Positions 36,086 through 62,939 of a DNA stretch of 64,000 nucleotides are shown piece after piece; position 1 is the stretch's first letter, and each line of letters starts with the position of its first letter. The stretch comes from the human T2T-CHM13v2.0 reference genome, Homo sapiens. The notes below the pieces were generated by a model. The model ran no database searches. It worked only from the letters and a program-made list of their open reading frames with translations, and had not been told where the DNA came from. The position numbers and the translations under genes were made by a program. The stretch lies in the NCBI RefSeq assembly GCF_009914755.1, contig NC_060943.1, one strand, 5' to 3'.

Positions 36086-36865
36086 TCAAACCTTGCAAAA
36101 TTCTTCTAGTCCCACACCAGGGACATACCCTATTTCATGCATCATATGCTGACTTTGAGGGCTATATAATTGTTCTGGAATTAGAACTTGTGCTCCCCAT
36201 TGTTGTAATAAATCTCTCCCCCACAAATTTATAGGTACAGAAGTTATAATTGGTTGAATAGTCCCAGATTGTCCATCGGGCCCTTCACTATGTAAAATAT
36301 AGCTACTTTGATATACCTCAAGGGCTTTACCAAGTCCAACTATGTTAAATTGAGTGGGTTGAATTGGCCATGTGGACGGCCAGTGCTTTAGAGAAATGAT
36401 TGAAATGTCTTCTCCTGTATCTGCCAAACCTTTACACTTCTTTCCCTGAATAGTTATTTCACAGGTAGGATGTTTATCAGTAATTTGATTCACCCAATAA
36501 GCTGCTTTGCCTTGTTTATTTGTGCTTCCAAATCCTCCTGTTCATTTAATTTCACTTTTCCCCATTTCCACATATGGCACAATCAGGAGCTGTGTTATGT
36601 GCTCTCCTGGCTCTGCTTTCCAGGGAACAGAAGTAGATATAACAATTTGAATTTCTCCATTGTAATCTGAATCAATGACTCCTGTATGTATTTGCACTCC
36701 TTTTAAATTGAAACTAGACCTACCTAGAAGCAATCCTATCCTCCCCACTGTCAAGGGTCCACAGACTCCTGTTGGGAACTTTTGCAAGGGTTCCCCAGGC
36801 AGAAGGCTCACAGCTTTTGTGCAGCATAAATCTACTGCAGCACTATTGGCTGTGGCAGGGGACAG

Positions 36866-36868
<3 letters not shown>
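36086..36868 (-). pseudogene. HERV-K pro (dUTPase-protease-G-patch) remnant
   Basis: [23 protein letters not shown] (dUTPase); LADTGEDISII and NLWGRDLLQQWG (aspartic protease); split into two ORFs. Confidence 0.9.
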
Positions 36869-37045
<177 letters not shown>

Positions 37046-37087
37046 AGGAACAAGTATAAGTAAAAATTCTTTCTGATGTGATCTTTA

Positions 37088-37135
37088 TATGATAAACCTA
37101 CACATGTACCCTTGAACCAAAGATAAGAGTTAATA
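37088..37135 (+). mobile_element. L1 3'-terminal fragment
   Basis: aaacctacacatgtacccttgaac...ataagagttaa resembles the L1PA/PB 3' end. Confidence 0.65.
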
Positions 37136-37689
37136 TGAAATAACTCCATGGCTGGAGGAGAATGAAATGTAGGTGGAAAGACCGGTTTGTGCTACAGATA
37201 GTGACCCAAATGGGACTGTACTCTGATTTACTTCTGTGTCCATGTAGGCAGATGAGATTATGAACAAGTTACCTAGAAACCTAATCTGGTGGAGAAGATG
37301 GGTTGCTGCTGCAGATCCAGTGCTTGGAGGTGGGGATATGCCGGGACAATTGTAGACACTTTTGTGTAGTGTATAGTGTTTTCTGTTAAGAAACGCTAGA
37401 ATTAAAAACGCTGTGGTGAAGTTTCTGAGGGTGGTGCCTAGTCCTGAGAGAGGTGTGGGCACATCAATGTGTAGTGGGTATGTTTGTGAGTGGGTGAGAA
37501 TCCTGTGGTGGCAGCTGTGGGAAAAGGGGGTCTGTCATCAGAGCACGTTTAAGTTTTTAGTCCTCTCTTACTCTGGGAGAAGACTTGAAATCACAGGACA
37601 ATGGGCAGTGTGACTGCCTGTGTACTAGAGAGTGGAGACTTTCATTCCCAGACACCCAGTTTTATTCCCGGCCAGGCCTCCATGGTATC

Positions 37690-38240
37690 TTTTTTTCTGG
37701 CATCAAATTTGTAGTTTGCTGAATGCCAAGCACTTCTACACCAACTCATTGTCTAACATTTGAATTCTGATACCACCCAGAGTCAGCACACACCCTGATT
37801 CAGGGCTCAGTCCCACAACATTGTCCTTAGTGCAGTTGCCAGTCACAAACCCCATGGGCCCAGCTATGCCTCTGAGCTACTGTTTAAAAATTCAGGACTT
37901 CCTAGCCAGGCTTGGTGGTGTGCACCTGTAATCCCAGCTATTAGGGAGGCTGAGGCAGGAGAATCGCTTGAACTCGGGAGGTAGAAGTTTCAGTGAGCCA
38001 AGATTGTGCCACTGCATTGCAGCCTGGGTGACAGAGCAAGACTGTCCCAAAAAACAAACAAACAAACAAACAAACAAACAAAAACTAAAAAAAAATCAGG
38101 ACTCCTATAAACGATCTAAAGTTCAATAATTTGATAGAGCTACCCACAGAACTCAGCAAAACACTGTAGTTATGTTGACCAGTTTATTATAAAAGATACA
38201 ATCCAGGAAAAGTCAAATGAAAAATATGTGCAGGGCAAAG
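37690..38240. mobile_element. MER21-like LTR remnant interrupted by a 5'-truncated Alu (about 37904-38090)
   Basis: agggctcagtcccacaa, ttcaataatttgatagag..cacagaactcag, gtttattataaaagatacaa; the Alu has TSD aaaaa(t)tcaggact(t)cct. Confidence 0.65.
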
Positions 38241-38441
38241 AAAAGAGGTGGCAAAAGATGAAGCACATAGAAAATCCTGGTAAATAGCTGTGATTAATAA
38301 AATAAAATTCTCCATCTATTATGTGCTCCAGGAACCATTTATGAAAAGAAACATCCTTCCCATTATGACTTAGATGCTCTTTTTTTCACCTATCACATAG
38401 TCAGACATAGACTCTGCACATTTCCTTCTTGTTCTCATTTA

Positions 38442-38903
<462 letters not shown>

Positions 38904-39457
38904 TTAGGTCTCTCCTAAGAACGTACGACTTGAGGGTAAAACATTCTCTGAACCAGAATCTGACTTTTTCACTCTCCATTTGCCATTCCCCTCCCACCTT
39001 CTTTCTAATCTTGTTTGCTTCTCCCTATAAAAGAAAGCACTTTTCTGCCTAAACTTTGCAATCTTTAAAGCTTTAAGGATTATAGTTGGTACTTCCTCCT
39101 GTTGCAATACTCTTTTGGAACTTAATTTTTTTTTACATAAATCTAACTTTGTTTTATTTTACAAAGTCTGGCAACTGTCTCAAAACAAGAACAAACTTAT
39201 CTTCAGTAAGACCCTCCCAGTCCCCTTCTATCGTAACCTTAACAGCATCTGCCTATGGCTCCCCAGCTTTCCAGGGCTCTGTAGCTTCTCTCACTATAAA
39301 GTTTTCTTCTATGGCTGGGGTGAGCAGGCTGGGACACCTGCAGGGGAGGCTCCCCAGAAAAAACTAACTGGGCCTATAATAAACTCATTTTGCAGGCTCA
39401 GTATTAGCCTTAACTTGGAGTCACTGTGATCAGGCTTAATTTCCACATCAGTTACTT

Positions 39458-39866
<409 letters not shown>

Positions 39867-39984
39867 TAAAAAAAAGGAAATTTTAAGGTGCTTGTATTTC
39901 ATACCTCAACAAGGAAAGCAAAATTATCCATTCCCTTCAGACAATAAATGTATTATTGTACTATTTTCATGAAAAATCATGTAG

Positions 39985-40329
<345 letters not shown>

Positions 40330-40669
40330 TGAAGTTTTATCTCACAAAATTTAGAATAAAACTCAGAAATAAAAATCACAGGATACAGAACAAAAATATT
40401 CACATCATGAATTTACCCTGTAAAAAGAGAAACTGATGTTTTAATGAATCGATGTGACTCACTAGTTATCTACCACATTTTCTTGTGGAAACCTATTTAT
40501 TTCCTGCAGCCAAAATAGAAGGAAGATTTCCCTTATTTTTACCCTTGGTAGCTAGTATTCTAATAGCTATTCCTTGGAATTCTTTTGGAAATCACTTAGC
40601 CATAAAAAATACACCTGACAAAATTTCTAAACTCACCCTGGGAAAGAAAAAGGTAAATGAGAATTTTTA

Positions 40670-41745
<1,076 letters not shown>

Positions 41746-42271
41746 ATAAATGAGAATTTTTAACCAAAGAAATATACTATTAGATTCTTTTGAAACTCAC
41801 CTGCTTTAGGCCCTTGTAAATACTTTACGTTTCAAGCTCTACTAATAATATGCAATTTATAGTTAAAAAACTGATGTTAATATAAGTGAACAAATCTTTT
41901 CAAGGTGACAAACCCAGGGAGTGGCAGTGCTGGTTAGAAAACAGATGTGTCTCACTCATGAGTCAAGTCAGGCCATCCAATCACTTGAGAGATTCTCCCA
42001 CCCCAACTTGCTCACTGAAGTGCTCAATGACCACCCTCTCAGGAGACACTGCACTATGCCCCAGTGAGTTCCCGAAGTACGTTTTACTTCGCAAATTCTT
42101 GCACAATCTCACTGGGGTCATGTTTTTATTTTTTGTTTTTAGGGATACTATTTTTTTCACAAAACTTAAAGAATCCAGGGTGCAGAAATTACGTCTGTTT
42201 TCCCCTCAATACCAGCATCAGATTGGCTGACCAGCAATGAATCTTCAAGAAATGCAAGCTGAGTTGAGTGA

Positions 42272-42595
<324 letters not shown>

Positions 42596-43215
42596 TGAAG
42601 ACAATCTTAAGTGTCTCAGGGGGTTAGCTTTTCAAAGGAAGAGTACACCAGGAGATTCCTTTCAGCTCCAAGCATTCCGCTGACTGCTCCCTTGAGAGGC
42701 TACACCCTGTATCTCAGGTTGTCGTATGGGAGAAAATGACTCAGGAGCTGGTATTCACTAGACACTCTAGCAGACATAGTCATGGCAGGTATATTGGTTT
42801 ATTCACAGACAGTAGTGAAACCTGGGGTGCCTGAGAACACATCACCCAATAAAGCTCCCCCCCAAAAAACTTTGACCTCAAAACATTCTTATAAGATCCC
42901 CAAAACATTCTTATAAGGTCCCTGTGCCTAGGGAAGATGAAAGAAAAAGAGGCACAGAGATTTTTCTTTTCTTTTTTCTTTTATTTTATTTTATTTTTAA
43001 TTTTATTATTATTATACTTTAAGTTTTAGGGTACATGTACACAACGTGCAGATTTGTTACAAATGTATACCTTTGCCATGTTGGTGTGCTGCACCCATTA
43101 ACTCATCATTTAGCATTAGGTATATCTCCTAATGCTATCCCTTCCCCCTCCCCCCACCCCACAACAGTCCCTGGTGTGTGATGTTCCCCTTCCTGTGTCC
43201 ATGTGTTCTCATTGT

Positions 43216-47035
<3,820 letters not shown>

Positions 47036-47098
47036 TATGATGTTAGCTGGTTATTTTGCTCATTAGTTGATGTAGTTTCTTCCTAGCCTTGATGGTCT

Positions 47099-48079
47099 TT
47101 ACAATTTGGCATGTTTTTGCAGTGGCTGGTACCAGTTTTCCCTTTCCATGTTTAGTGCTTCCTTCAGGAACCCTTTTAGAGCAGGCCTGGTGGCGACAAA
47201 ATCTCTCAGCATTTGCTTGTCTGTAAAGTGTTTTATTTCTCCTTCACTTATGAAGCTTAGTTTGGCTGGATATGAAATTTTGGGTTGAAAATTCTTTTCT
47301 TTAAGAATGTTGAATATTGGCCACCACTCTCTTCTGGCTTGTAGAGTTTCTGCCGAAAGATCAGCTGTTAGTCTGATGGGCTTCCCTTTGTGGGTAACCT
47401 GAGCTTTCTCTCTGGCTGCCCTTAAAATTTTTTCCTTCATTTCAACTTTCTGGAGGAGTATCTTTGTGGCGTTCTCTGTATTTCCTGAATTTGAATGTTG
47501 GCCTGCCTTGCTTGATTGGGGAAGTTCTCCTGGATAATATCCTGCAGAGTGTTTTCCAACTTGGTTCCATTCTCCCCGTCACTTTCAGGTACACCAATCA
47601 GATGTAGATTTGGTCTTTTCACATAGTCCCATATTTCTTGGAGGCTTTGTTTTTTTCTTTTTATTCTTTTGTCTCTAAACTTCTCTTCTCACTTCATTTC
47701 ATTCATTTCATCTTGCATCACTGATATCCTTTCTTCCAGTTGATTGCATTGGCTACTGAGGCTTCTGCATTCATCATGTAGTTCTCATGCCTTGGTTTTC
47801 AGCTCCATCACATCCTTTAAGGACTTCTCTGCATTGGTTATTCTAGTTAGCCATTTGCCTAATTATTTTTTCAAGGTTTTTAACTTCTTTGCCATTCGTT
47901 CGGACTTCCACCTTTAGCTCAGAGTAGTTTGATCGTCTGAAGCCTTCTTCTCTCAACTCATCAAAGTCATTCTCTGTCCAGCTTCGTTCCATTGCTGGTG
48001 AGGAGTTGTGTTCCTTTTGAGGAGGAGAGGTGCTCTGATTTTTAGAGTTTCCAGTTTTTCTGCTCTGATTTTTCCCCAT
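47099..48079 (-). pseudogene. L1 ORF1, disrupted
   Basis: MGKNQSRK start, WYQPLQKHAKL end; frameshifts include a deletion of about 37 bp near 47450. Confidence 0.95.
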
Positions 48080-49722
48080 CTTTGTGGTTTTGTCTACCTT
48101 TGGTCTTTGATGATGGTGAGGTACAGATGGGTTTTTGGTGTGGATGTCCTTTCTGTTTGTTAGTTTTCCTTCTAACAGTCAGGACCCTCAGCTGCAGGTC
48201 CATTGGAGTTTGCTGGAGGTCCACTCCAGACCCTGTTTGCCTGGGTATCAGCAGCGGTGGCTGCAGAGCAGCGGATATTGGTGAACTGCAAATGCTGCTG
48301 CCTGATCAATCCTCTGGAAGTTTTGTCTCAGAGGAGTATCGGCTGTGTGAGGTGTCAATCCGCCCCTACTGGGGGGTGCCTCCCAGTAGGCTACTCGGGG
48401 GTCAGGGACCCACTTGAGGAGGCAGTCTGCCCGTTCTCAGATCTCAAGCTGCCTGCTGGGAGAACCACTACTGTCTTCAAAGCTGTCAGACAGGGACAAT
48501 TAAGTCTGCAGAGGTTACTGCTGTCTTTTGTTTGTCTGTGCCCTGCCCCCAGAGGTGGAGCCTACAGAGGCAGGCAGGCCTCCTTGAGCTGTGGTGGGCT
48601 CCACCCAGTTTGAGCTTCCTGGCTGCTTTGTTTACCTACTCACGCCTCGGCAATGGCAGGCTCCTCTCCCCCAGCCTCGCAGCCACCTTGCAGTTTGATC
48701 TCAGACTGCTGTGCTAGCAATGAGTGAGATTCCGTGGGCATAGGACCCTCTGAGCCATGTGTGGGATATAATCTCCTGGTGTGCCGTTTGTTAAGACCAT
48801 TGGAAAAGCACAATATTAGGGTGGGAGTGACCCGATTTTCCAGGTGCCATCTGTCATCCCTTTCTTTGACTAGGAAAGGGAATTCCCTGACCCCTTGCAC
48901 TTCCCAGGTGAGGCGATGACTTGCCCTGCTTCAGCTCACGCACGGTGCACCGCACCCACTGTCCTGCACCTACTGTCCGGCACTCCCCAGTGAGATGAAC
49001 CCGGTACCTCAGTTAGAAATGCAGAAATCACCCGTCTTCTGTGTCACTCACACTGGGAGCTGTAGACTGGAGCTGTTCCTATTTGACCATCTTGGCTCCG
49101 GGACCTTTTTTTTTTTACAATACAGTATCAGGGTATTATGCTTTGGTTTATTCTCACAGGAGATATTTACAAACAGAAACAAATCTCTTTAAATGTGCTA
49201 TACAATGCTTTGTCAAAAAAGGATTAATTAAAATATGGTATCAAAAATGTACACTAAAGGACAAATAGTTAATAATGTGAATTAGGGAGAGGAAGTTGAC
49301 ATTTGGAATTTTCAGAAGAAGCTGTTAATTGAGTATATTATTGCAAGCCAGAGTTAGGCTGGAGGAATGGGGAGAAAGGGGTAGACTTGAGAAGCTGCTT
49401 GGGACACCTGTGGAAAATGCAGGAAAATATCAGTCCCCTGTGGAGTCTGAAAATATTTAAGTGGCAGGCAATTCCACTGAGGTAGCTCTAATCCTTGAAT
49501 TCCTACTTTTAAAAAGTCTAACTGAAATCCTTTTTTTGGTAAATTACTACCTCAAGGGAAAAAAAAATTTAGGCTTAACCAACTGCAAACTGTCAATTAA
49601 GCTCTGACTACATAACCAGGAAATTTTTACACTCAAGGTAAAAAGTAAGAAACTATGTAACTGTAACTAACAGATTATTGAGTTTAAGTTTTTGCATCAT
49701 GCACCTTAAAAAAAGTCTTTCT

Positions 49723-50522
<800 letters not shown>

Positions 50523-50579
50523 CCCAAAATATTATTATTTTAATATGTAAGCAATATTTATTAATAAAGTATATATACT

Positions 50580-50703
50580 TAGAACTAAATTTTTGAAACC
50601 AACCCTGTATTTTACCTTTTTAGCACATTGCAGTTCAAAGCAGGAACATTTCAGGCACCTAGTAGCCACACATGGCCAATAGCTGCCACATTGAAGTACA
50701 GCT
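50580..50703. mobile_element. MER3/MER33-like hAT-Charlie DNA transposon remnant
   Basis: acatttcaggcacctagtagccacacatggccaatagctgccacattg resembles the MER3/33 terminal motif. Confidence 0.6.
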
Positions 50704-51258
50704 TCAATGTCAGTGGAGGTGAAGGGCTTGAACATCCCTTTTCTGCCACAGGGGAGGTCTCTACCTACCAACAACTTCTTCAGTTAAAAAGGTGAAACAG
50801 ATAATGGCCATAGAAAGGGCAGAAGGTAGGAAGAGTAAAATAACCACAGGTGGACCACTGCTGGCCACCTGTTGTCCACCTTTCTTCCAGTGAACAAAAA
50901 ATTCTCAGCCAAAGGAGAAGAAAACTCTGTGTTTTCAGATCTGTCCATAGTCTTGATGTCCAATGTTTAGATATGTAGAAAATAGGTTAAGGCAAACTTA
51001 TTTTGCTATTTGGCCTTGGCCCTAATTGTCAGGCTGCGGTTATCTGTTTTCTCCTATGGTGTGGGTGACTATGTGAGTATAAGGACCAATTACATGCATA
51101 CATGTCTGCATGTATTTTTTAATTACTCAACGTCATTTTGCAAGACATTCAACTTTAAATTAGGGGAAAAAATCAATACTTTTAGGGTGCACACTGTTAG
51201 AAGGTAACTAATAACCAATCTGTCATTGAATCCTGGCATCCTATCTGCACTGAGTGCA

Positions 51259-51720
51259 TGTATTAGTTAGCTACCGCAGCATAACAAACCATCCAAAACT
51301 TTTTAGCTCATAATTGAGACGGTCAGCCATTTAGGCTGGGCTCAGTGGGACCATTCTTTTGGTCTCAGCTGAGCTCCTTCAGACATGTATCATCAGCTGC
51401 TTATTGACTAGGCAGCTGTGCTTCTGAAGGTGAGCATCTGCTTCTGGGGCTATCAACAGGGGCACCTTGCTTCTCTTCCTCATGTTATCTTATCCTCCAT
51501 CTGGCTAACATGGGCGTTACTCATGGAGATGGCACATTCTGAAAGAAAAACAGGAGCATTTGAAATCTTTTGAGCCTAAGCCCCAAACTAGCCCACTGTC
51601 ATAGTCACAGATTTCCATTGCCCTGAGCAAATAAGGCCAGCCAGATATATGGTTTGGAAACCAGATTCTGTACTTCAATGGGAAGAGCTGTAAAAGCATT
51701 GGCAAATGAATATAAAAGAG
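51259..51720 (-). mobile_element. MLT1-family (MaLR) LTR remnant
   Basis: tgtattagttagcta..cataacaaaccatccaaaact, ggctgggctcagtggg, cttcaatgggaagagctg. Confidence 0.7.
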
Positions 51721-51727
51721 ATAAAAA

Positions 51728-53744
<2,017 letters not shown>

Positions 53745-53754
53745 TGGAAAAATT

Positions 53755-56310
<2,556 letters not shown>

Positions 56311-57475
56311 TATTTTGGGTTTTTGTCCTTATCATGTCATTCATAGGTTATGGTGTCTTCATAGTCACATACGTCTTTGAGTTTCTGTCATTCTGTTTTA
56401 CAAGAGACCATTTGACATTCTAGAAATGACTGCATGCAAACATTTATAACTTTTGAGAGAATACAGTGAAGTAGGGAGATATTACTATTTTAACTATCAG
56501 GAAGATGATACCAAGAGTTCGAAACATGCTTTTTAGCCAGGGTCCCCATGAACAACCAACTAAAATTAAATAGGTCAAATAGTTAGCTAGATAAGTGGTC
56601 TACTCATTTCAACCAAGCACACTGTTCATTAATCCTCTACAACTGCATCTCTGTGGATGCAGAGTAGGCTCAGGGAGCCTAATGGATGTATTTCTCCAGG
56701 TGCAACTATCAGTGTTAGCAAGTTCACAGGTACTTCTCTGTTCATCCAATAAGTAATTAAAAGAAATAATATTATTTAGCACAACTTCAGCAAGTACATT
56801 TAAAATCTATTGTGTAATCATAGCCTTTACAGTATAATCTTCTATAGGGCCCTATTAGGGGGGATGCATTTCTAACCATTGCCTCATTTACTCTACGCCA
56901 TGGAAAGAAAGACCTAACAAATGATGGCCATTCAGAAAAGTAAGGGCATCCTGGCAATGCTGCTTAACTTATTGTGAAAAAGTTGTCCTTAACTTATGAA
57001 GTAAGTTAAGAGCAGTGGACCAATATTCTGTTTCTGATATTGTGAGGGAACAAATATCCCTTAAAAATTTCTCACCCACACTGGCCCTTCATCTTTTATC
57101 TATCAAGGTGTAAGTTTTTTCACACATAATGTTGGCTACAAAATTCTCTACATTTGAGTATACCCCATAAGTGCACACAAGAGACCCCTTTCTTTATTTC
57201 TATTGTTTGTAGAGCCATAAAAAACTGTGAAATAAGTGTGTCATGATAGCAGAGAAGTATGATCTTGTTCTGAGTGAGTGTGTCTCACCATGAAACAAGC
57301 AAAAAAAATACTGCTGTTATTTTGAGACAGTGAGTTAGCATTTTGTCCAAATATGTACTATGTAATTTTTTATTGATATGTAACATGCATAGAGAAATAC
57401 ATGCACAAATTCTTCATTCAAGTAAAGCTCAGTGAATTATGAAGAATACACTTGTGTAATCAGATAATAAAACTA

Positions 57476-57776
57476 GGCTGGACGCAGTGGCTCATGTCTG
57501 TAATTCAGTACATTGGGAAGCCAATGCGGGAGGATTGCTTGAGCTCAGGAGTTCAAGACCAGCCTACCCAACATGGCAAGGCTCTGTCTCTATTTTGAAA
57601 AAATACCAAAAAAAAAAAAAAAAAAGATCCAGGCAGGCTGGTTGCATGCCTGTTGTCCCAGCTACTGGGGAGGCTGAGGTGGGAGGATCACTTAAGACTA
57701 AAAGTTTGAAGCTGCAGTAACCCAGCATTCAGCCACTGGACTCCAGCTTGGGTGACAGAGTGAGACCTGTATGTGT

Positions 57777-57815
<39 letters not shown>
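57476..57815 (+). mobile_element. AluJ with (AC)n tail
   Basis: ggaggattgcttgagctcaggagttc and ggaggatcactt; (AC)n at about 57779-57814. Confidence 0.9.
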
Positions 57816-57818
<3 letters not shown>

Positions 57819-58491
57819 ACATGGTGGGGGATGTGAAAAAGAGAAAGTGTGGCTCCTGCAATTCAGTGAGACCTGGTTCTCCATCTTGGGAACTGCCCAT
57901 CCACACTGAAACCACAACCTAGCACATGCCAATTAGCACACTAAACCTGCTGAGATACCACCGTTTACCCTTAAAAAAAATTGAAGTATTTCACCTAAAA
58001 GAAGGGAAAAAGAAAATGATTTCACATCTAAAGCCTTTGTTTCCTTTATAAAACAACTGCCCCTTGTCATTCGAGTTGTCCAGAGGTGTCTGACAACACT
58101 AACACACTTATGGAATCAGCCAGGAAAAATGGGCCTCTCAGGTGACAAACAGGCACAATGGTAACTAAAGGCAATCCATTCTCATCTCTACATGATGCCC
58201 CCAACTCATGAAGTGGTGTTAACTGTGTGAACCATACTCATCAGAGGAAAGTATGTTCAGGGCAACACAATCATGAGGCTGCAAATCAAACTGGGGGCGG
58301 GAAGCACGTAGGAGGTTTCCATGGCCAAGACACTGGTGGCTATCCTTGGGTGTCATTTAAAAATTTCAGGTGAAAAATCCTTTTCTTCCAGTTGGCTCAG
58401 GAAAACTAACAGACATTACTATTGGAATTCATTTTACTTTTTAGAATTTCTAAGACATAAATCATGCTTCAAACACTCCAAAAGACATTCA

Positions 58492-58941
<450 letters not shown>

Positions 58942-60538
58942 CTATAGGGATCCCCAACCACCCCCAGAGCCGGTGTCTGTAGGAGGGACTGTGTGGCAAG
59001 AATCAGGTAGGGAGCTGGGCTTCATGGAGAGGTTACCACCACTTCTGCACCTTTAACTTTTATGATTCCACTGTGGTTCTCCCCAGGTCCCCCACCCATC
59101 CTACCCTCACTCCCTCATTGTGTGTTAGGCAGGTCTGGTTAAAATGGGGAGAATAATACATTCAGATTGTAGCCTTCAAGGTATTCCCATCTGGGGTACA
59201 GGGAGTAGAGAGGCAAGTCAAAGTCTATGGTGGTGCTTACTTCTGGGCCTGAGGGCAGGAAGGCCAGGGCTGGGCACATGGATATCTGGGGAAACACCAC
59301 TGCTAATTCCTTCTCCCCACCCGGAGCTACAATGAGGCCAGGACAATCACAATTAATAAAACCACTGCAGCTCACATCCTGCATAAAACTAAAGTGTATC
59401 CCAACCCCCAGTCCTACCACAGATCTTCAACTTCCTATCCCAGAACACAGGAAGCCCTCCATCTTTTTGACCTAAAGCCTGGACTTTAAGCCAGGTTGGG
59501 CCTGGGGGTAGTGGCAGCAAAAGCAGCAGCCACAGTGTCAAATATACCAATGACTTGAGAAATCTCATCTGCACGTCATTCACTCAGAACAGACCTGGAG
59601 TTGTATACAAGTTAAGAAGGGCAGATCTATATACTCATGGGCATGGACACATTCCACACTTGCTGGGGAGAATGAGAGGCACCTGTTTCCCAGCTGCAGG
59701 CTGATGTCCACATACACCATTCACGTGTTTACATTTAGGCCTCTGTATTGTGTATTCAGTGAGCCAGTGCAAATACATATTTGGGGGGGCACCATTTAGT
59801 GCAACACCACTCCCCACTTGTTCTGGGGGACAGTCAGGAGGGATCTGGTCAGCTCCTAATTCCCTAGGACAAAGGTGCCTCCCCCTTTCCAGCACTCATA
59901 TCCAGCAGCGCCATCTCAGGAATTTTTTTTTTTAAACATGAACAGCATGAGGAAGCAGGCATGGTACGACAGGCTCAGCCCCAGCCCAGATAGCATTCAC
60001 ATCTTCCTGGATGGGGGTTGATGCCCATCACTCACCTGCTCTTTAGCACCGCCTTGTGTTGGTTACTCAGGGCCTGGGGAGAGGTGGGGGGGATTGTAGA
60101 TCCATGGTGGGAACCATCTCACACCCAGAGTTCACCTGGCCACAGGCCAGCAAGCAAGTCCAAGTGCACAGCTCTCGACCCTGAGCCTCGGCACCTCCGG
60201 CTGCAATTTCTATTTATATATCAGGATTTTAAAAACCAAAAATAAACAAACAAACACAAAAACAGCCACTTTGATTGAGGAGAAAGTGGGAGCCTAAAGC
60301 AGCTGACCCTCAAACATCTCCGCCAAGCCCCAGGCCAGGCCATCTGAACACTCCAAGGCCACATGATAGTTACAGAGGATGACAGTTTCCACAGGTACTT
60401 GTCAAGCACTGGGCTAGCTTCTCACAGAGTCTCAGAATGCCTCCTCGCCAATACCCTGTGAGGGGAGGCCTTTCCTCACTAGGGCACAAGAGGTTCCTAA
60501 GCTCTTCCCAGGAAATGGTTAACAAAGTGTGGAGCTAG

Positions 60539-61027
<489 letters not shown>

Positions 61028-61368
61028 TGATATTTTATTTATAGTACTTTCAGGCTTGTATGTATGTATTTGTATAGGCTTTATTGGAAGGAAGAGGGCT
61101 TAAGACAGTAACATTTTTAAAAGGTCTCAGTGGGGAATAGACTTCCATGGCACAAATGATGATGTTGACCTCCTTCTGTTGCCTTTGGGCAAAGTATAAA
61201 TAGTGTGAGAATTGGCATGTGCTGGGTTGTGGTTTCAGTGTGGGAGGGCAGTTCCTTAAGATGGAAACTGAGCTGTAGGAGCCACACTCACCTTTTATCA
61301 CATTCCCCACCATGGTCTTTCACTTTTCTTCTGTGCTTGAATTTCTTTCAACATACATATTATTTTGA

Positions 61369-61419
<51 letters not shown>

Positions 61420-61749
61420 CATATATATGTGTGTCTGTGGGTGTATGTATATATATGTTTGTGTGTGTGTGTACACATACAGGTCTCACTCTGTCACCCA
61501 GGCTGGAGTGCAGTGGCCGAATGATGGGTCACTTCAGCCTCAATCTCCAGTGATCCTTCCACCTCAGCCTCTCAAGTAGCTGGGACTGTAGGCATGCAAC
61601 ATCACACAAGGCCAATTTTTAAAATTATTCTAGAAACTGAGCCTCACTATGCTGCCCAGACTGGTCTTGAGCTCCTGGGCTTAAGCAATCATTCCACCAT
61701 GGCTTTCCAAAGTGTTTGGATTACAGGTGTTTGCCATCAAACCCAGCCA
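61369..61749 (-). mobile_element. AluJ with a compound (AT)n/(AC)n/(GT)n microsatellite tail
   Basis: (TA)n at about 61370-61408 followed by a reverse AluJ body. Confidence 0.88.
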
Positions 61750-62449
61750 AAAACATTTTTAAAAGAACCATTACAACCGAATTATGAGCTATGGTTGTAC
61801 CACTGCACTCCAGCCTGGGCACCAGAGTGAGACCTTGTCTCCAAAAACAAAGCAAAACAAAAAAAACTTATGACCAAATTAAATTTCTGAGGTTGTGTCA
61901 TCTGTGTCCCCTTTCTGCCCTGTAAGCTATCATTGTTAAATATAATGGCTATTGAGAAAACTGTTAGATATTAAGAAATTCCTATATATCCTCTAAGTGA
62001 GAATAAGGTATTCTGATGTGGCCCAATATTTCCTAACCTCTACCTCCAGGGTCTAAACTAGCAAATCAAATCAGGACAACCGACAAAGGACTGTTGGCCA
62101 TTTTCAAATGGAAGATGAAATACCCTGTTAGTGAGAGTAATCCAGTAATTTTAAAAAAGAGAAGTCAGACTGAGATGCAGTGCAGTCAGGGCATGATTAC
62201 CCTGGAATAGCCACTTCACACGGAACGATAGAGGAGCCTGTCTAAGATGAACAAATTTGGGTAACATAATTCTTGCTTAACCATTCTCAGCCTCTGCTGC
62301 CCCCGACCCCAGCCCCATTCCAAATGGACATCCCACGATATGGTCAGCAGTGTGGTACAGCATGGTTAGAAAGGGGCTCAGGGATGGGATGAAGATCTTT
62401 CCTGCATTATCAAAATGATTGAAAAGTTGTTAAAAAAAAATGTCCAAAT

Positions 62450-62775
<326 letters not shown>

Positions 62776-62939
62776 TTACCCTTAAGTAGCAAATAAGATG
62801 CATTATACAAGCAGACCCAGGTAAGGGAAAGAGCAAGTGCATTTCAAGTCTCAGCTCACTTCTTAATTAGCTGTAATTCCCTGTGCATTTTACCCTACCT
62901 ACTTTAGCCTGTTTTTCTGTTCATAAAACGCACTAATGC

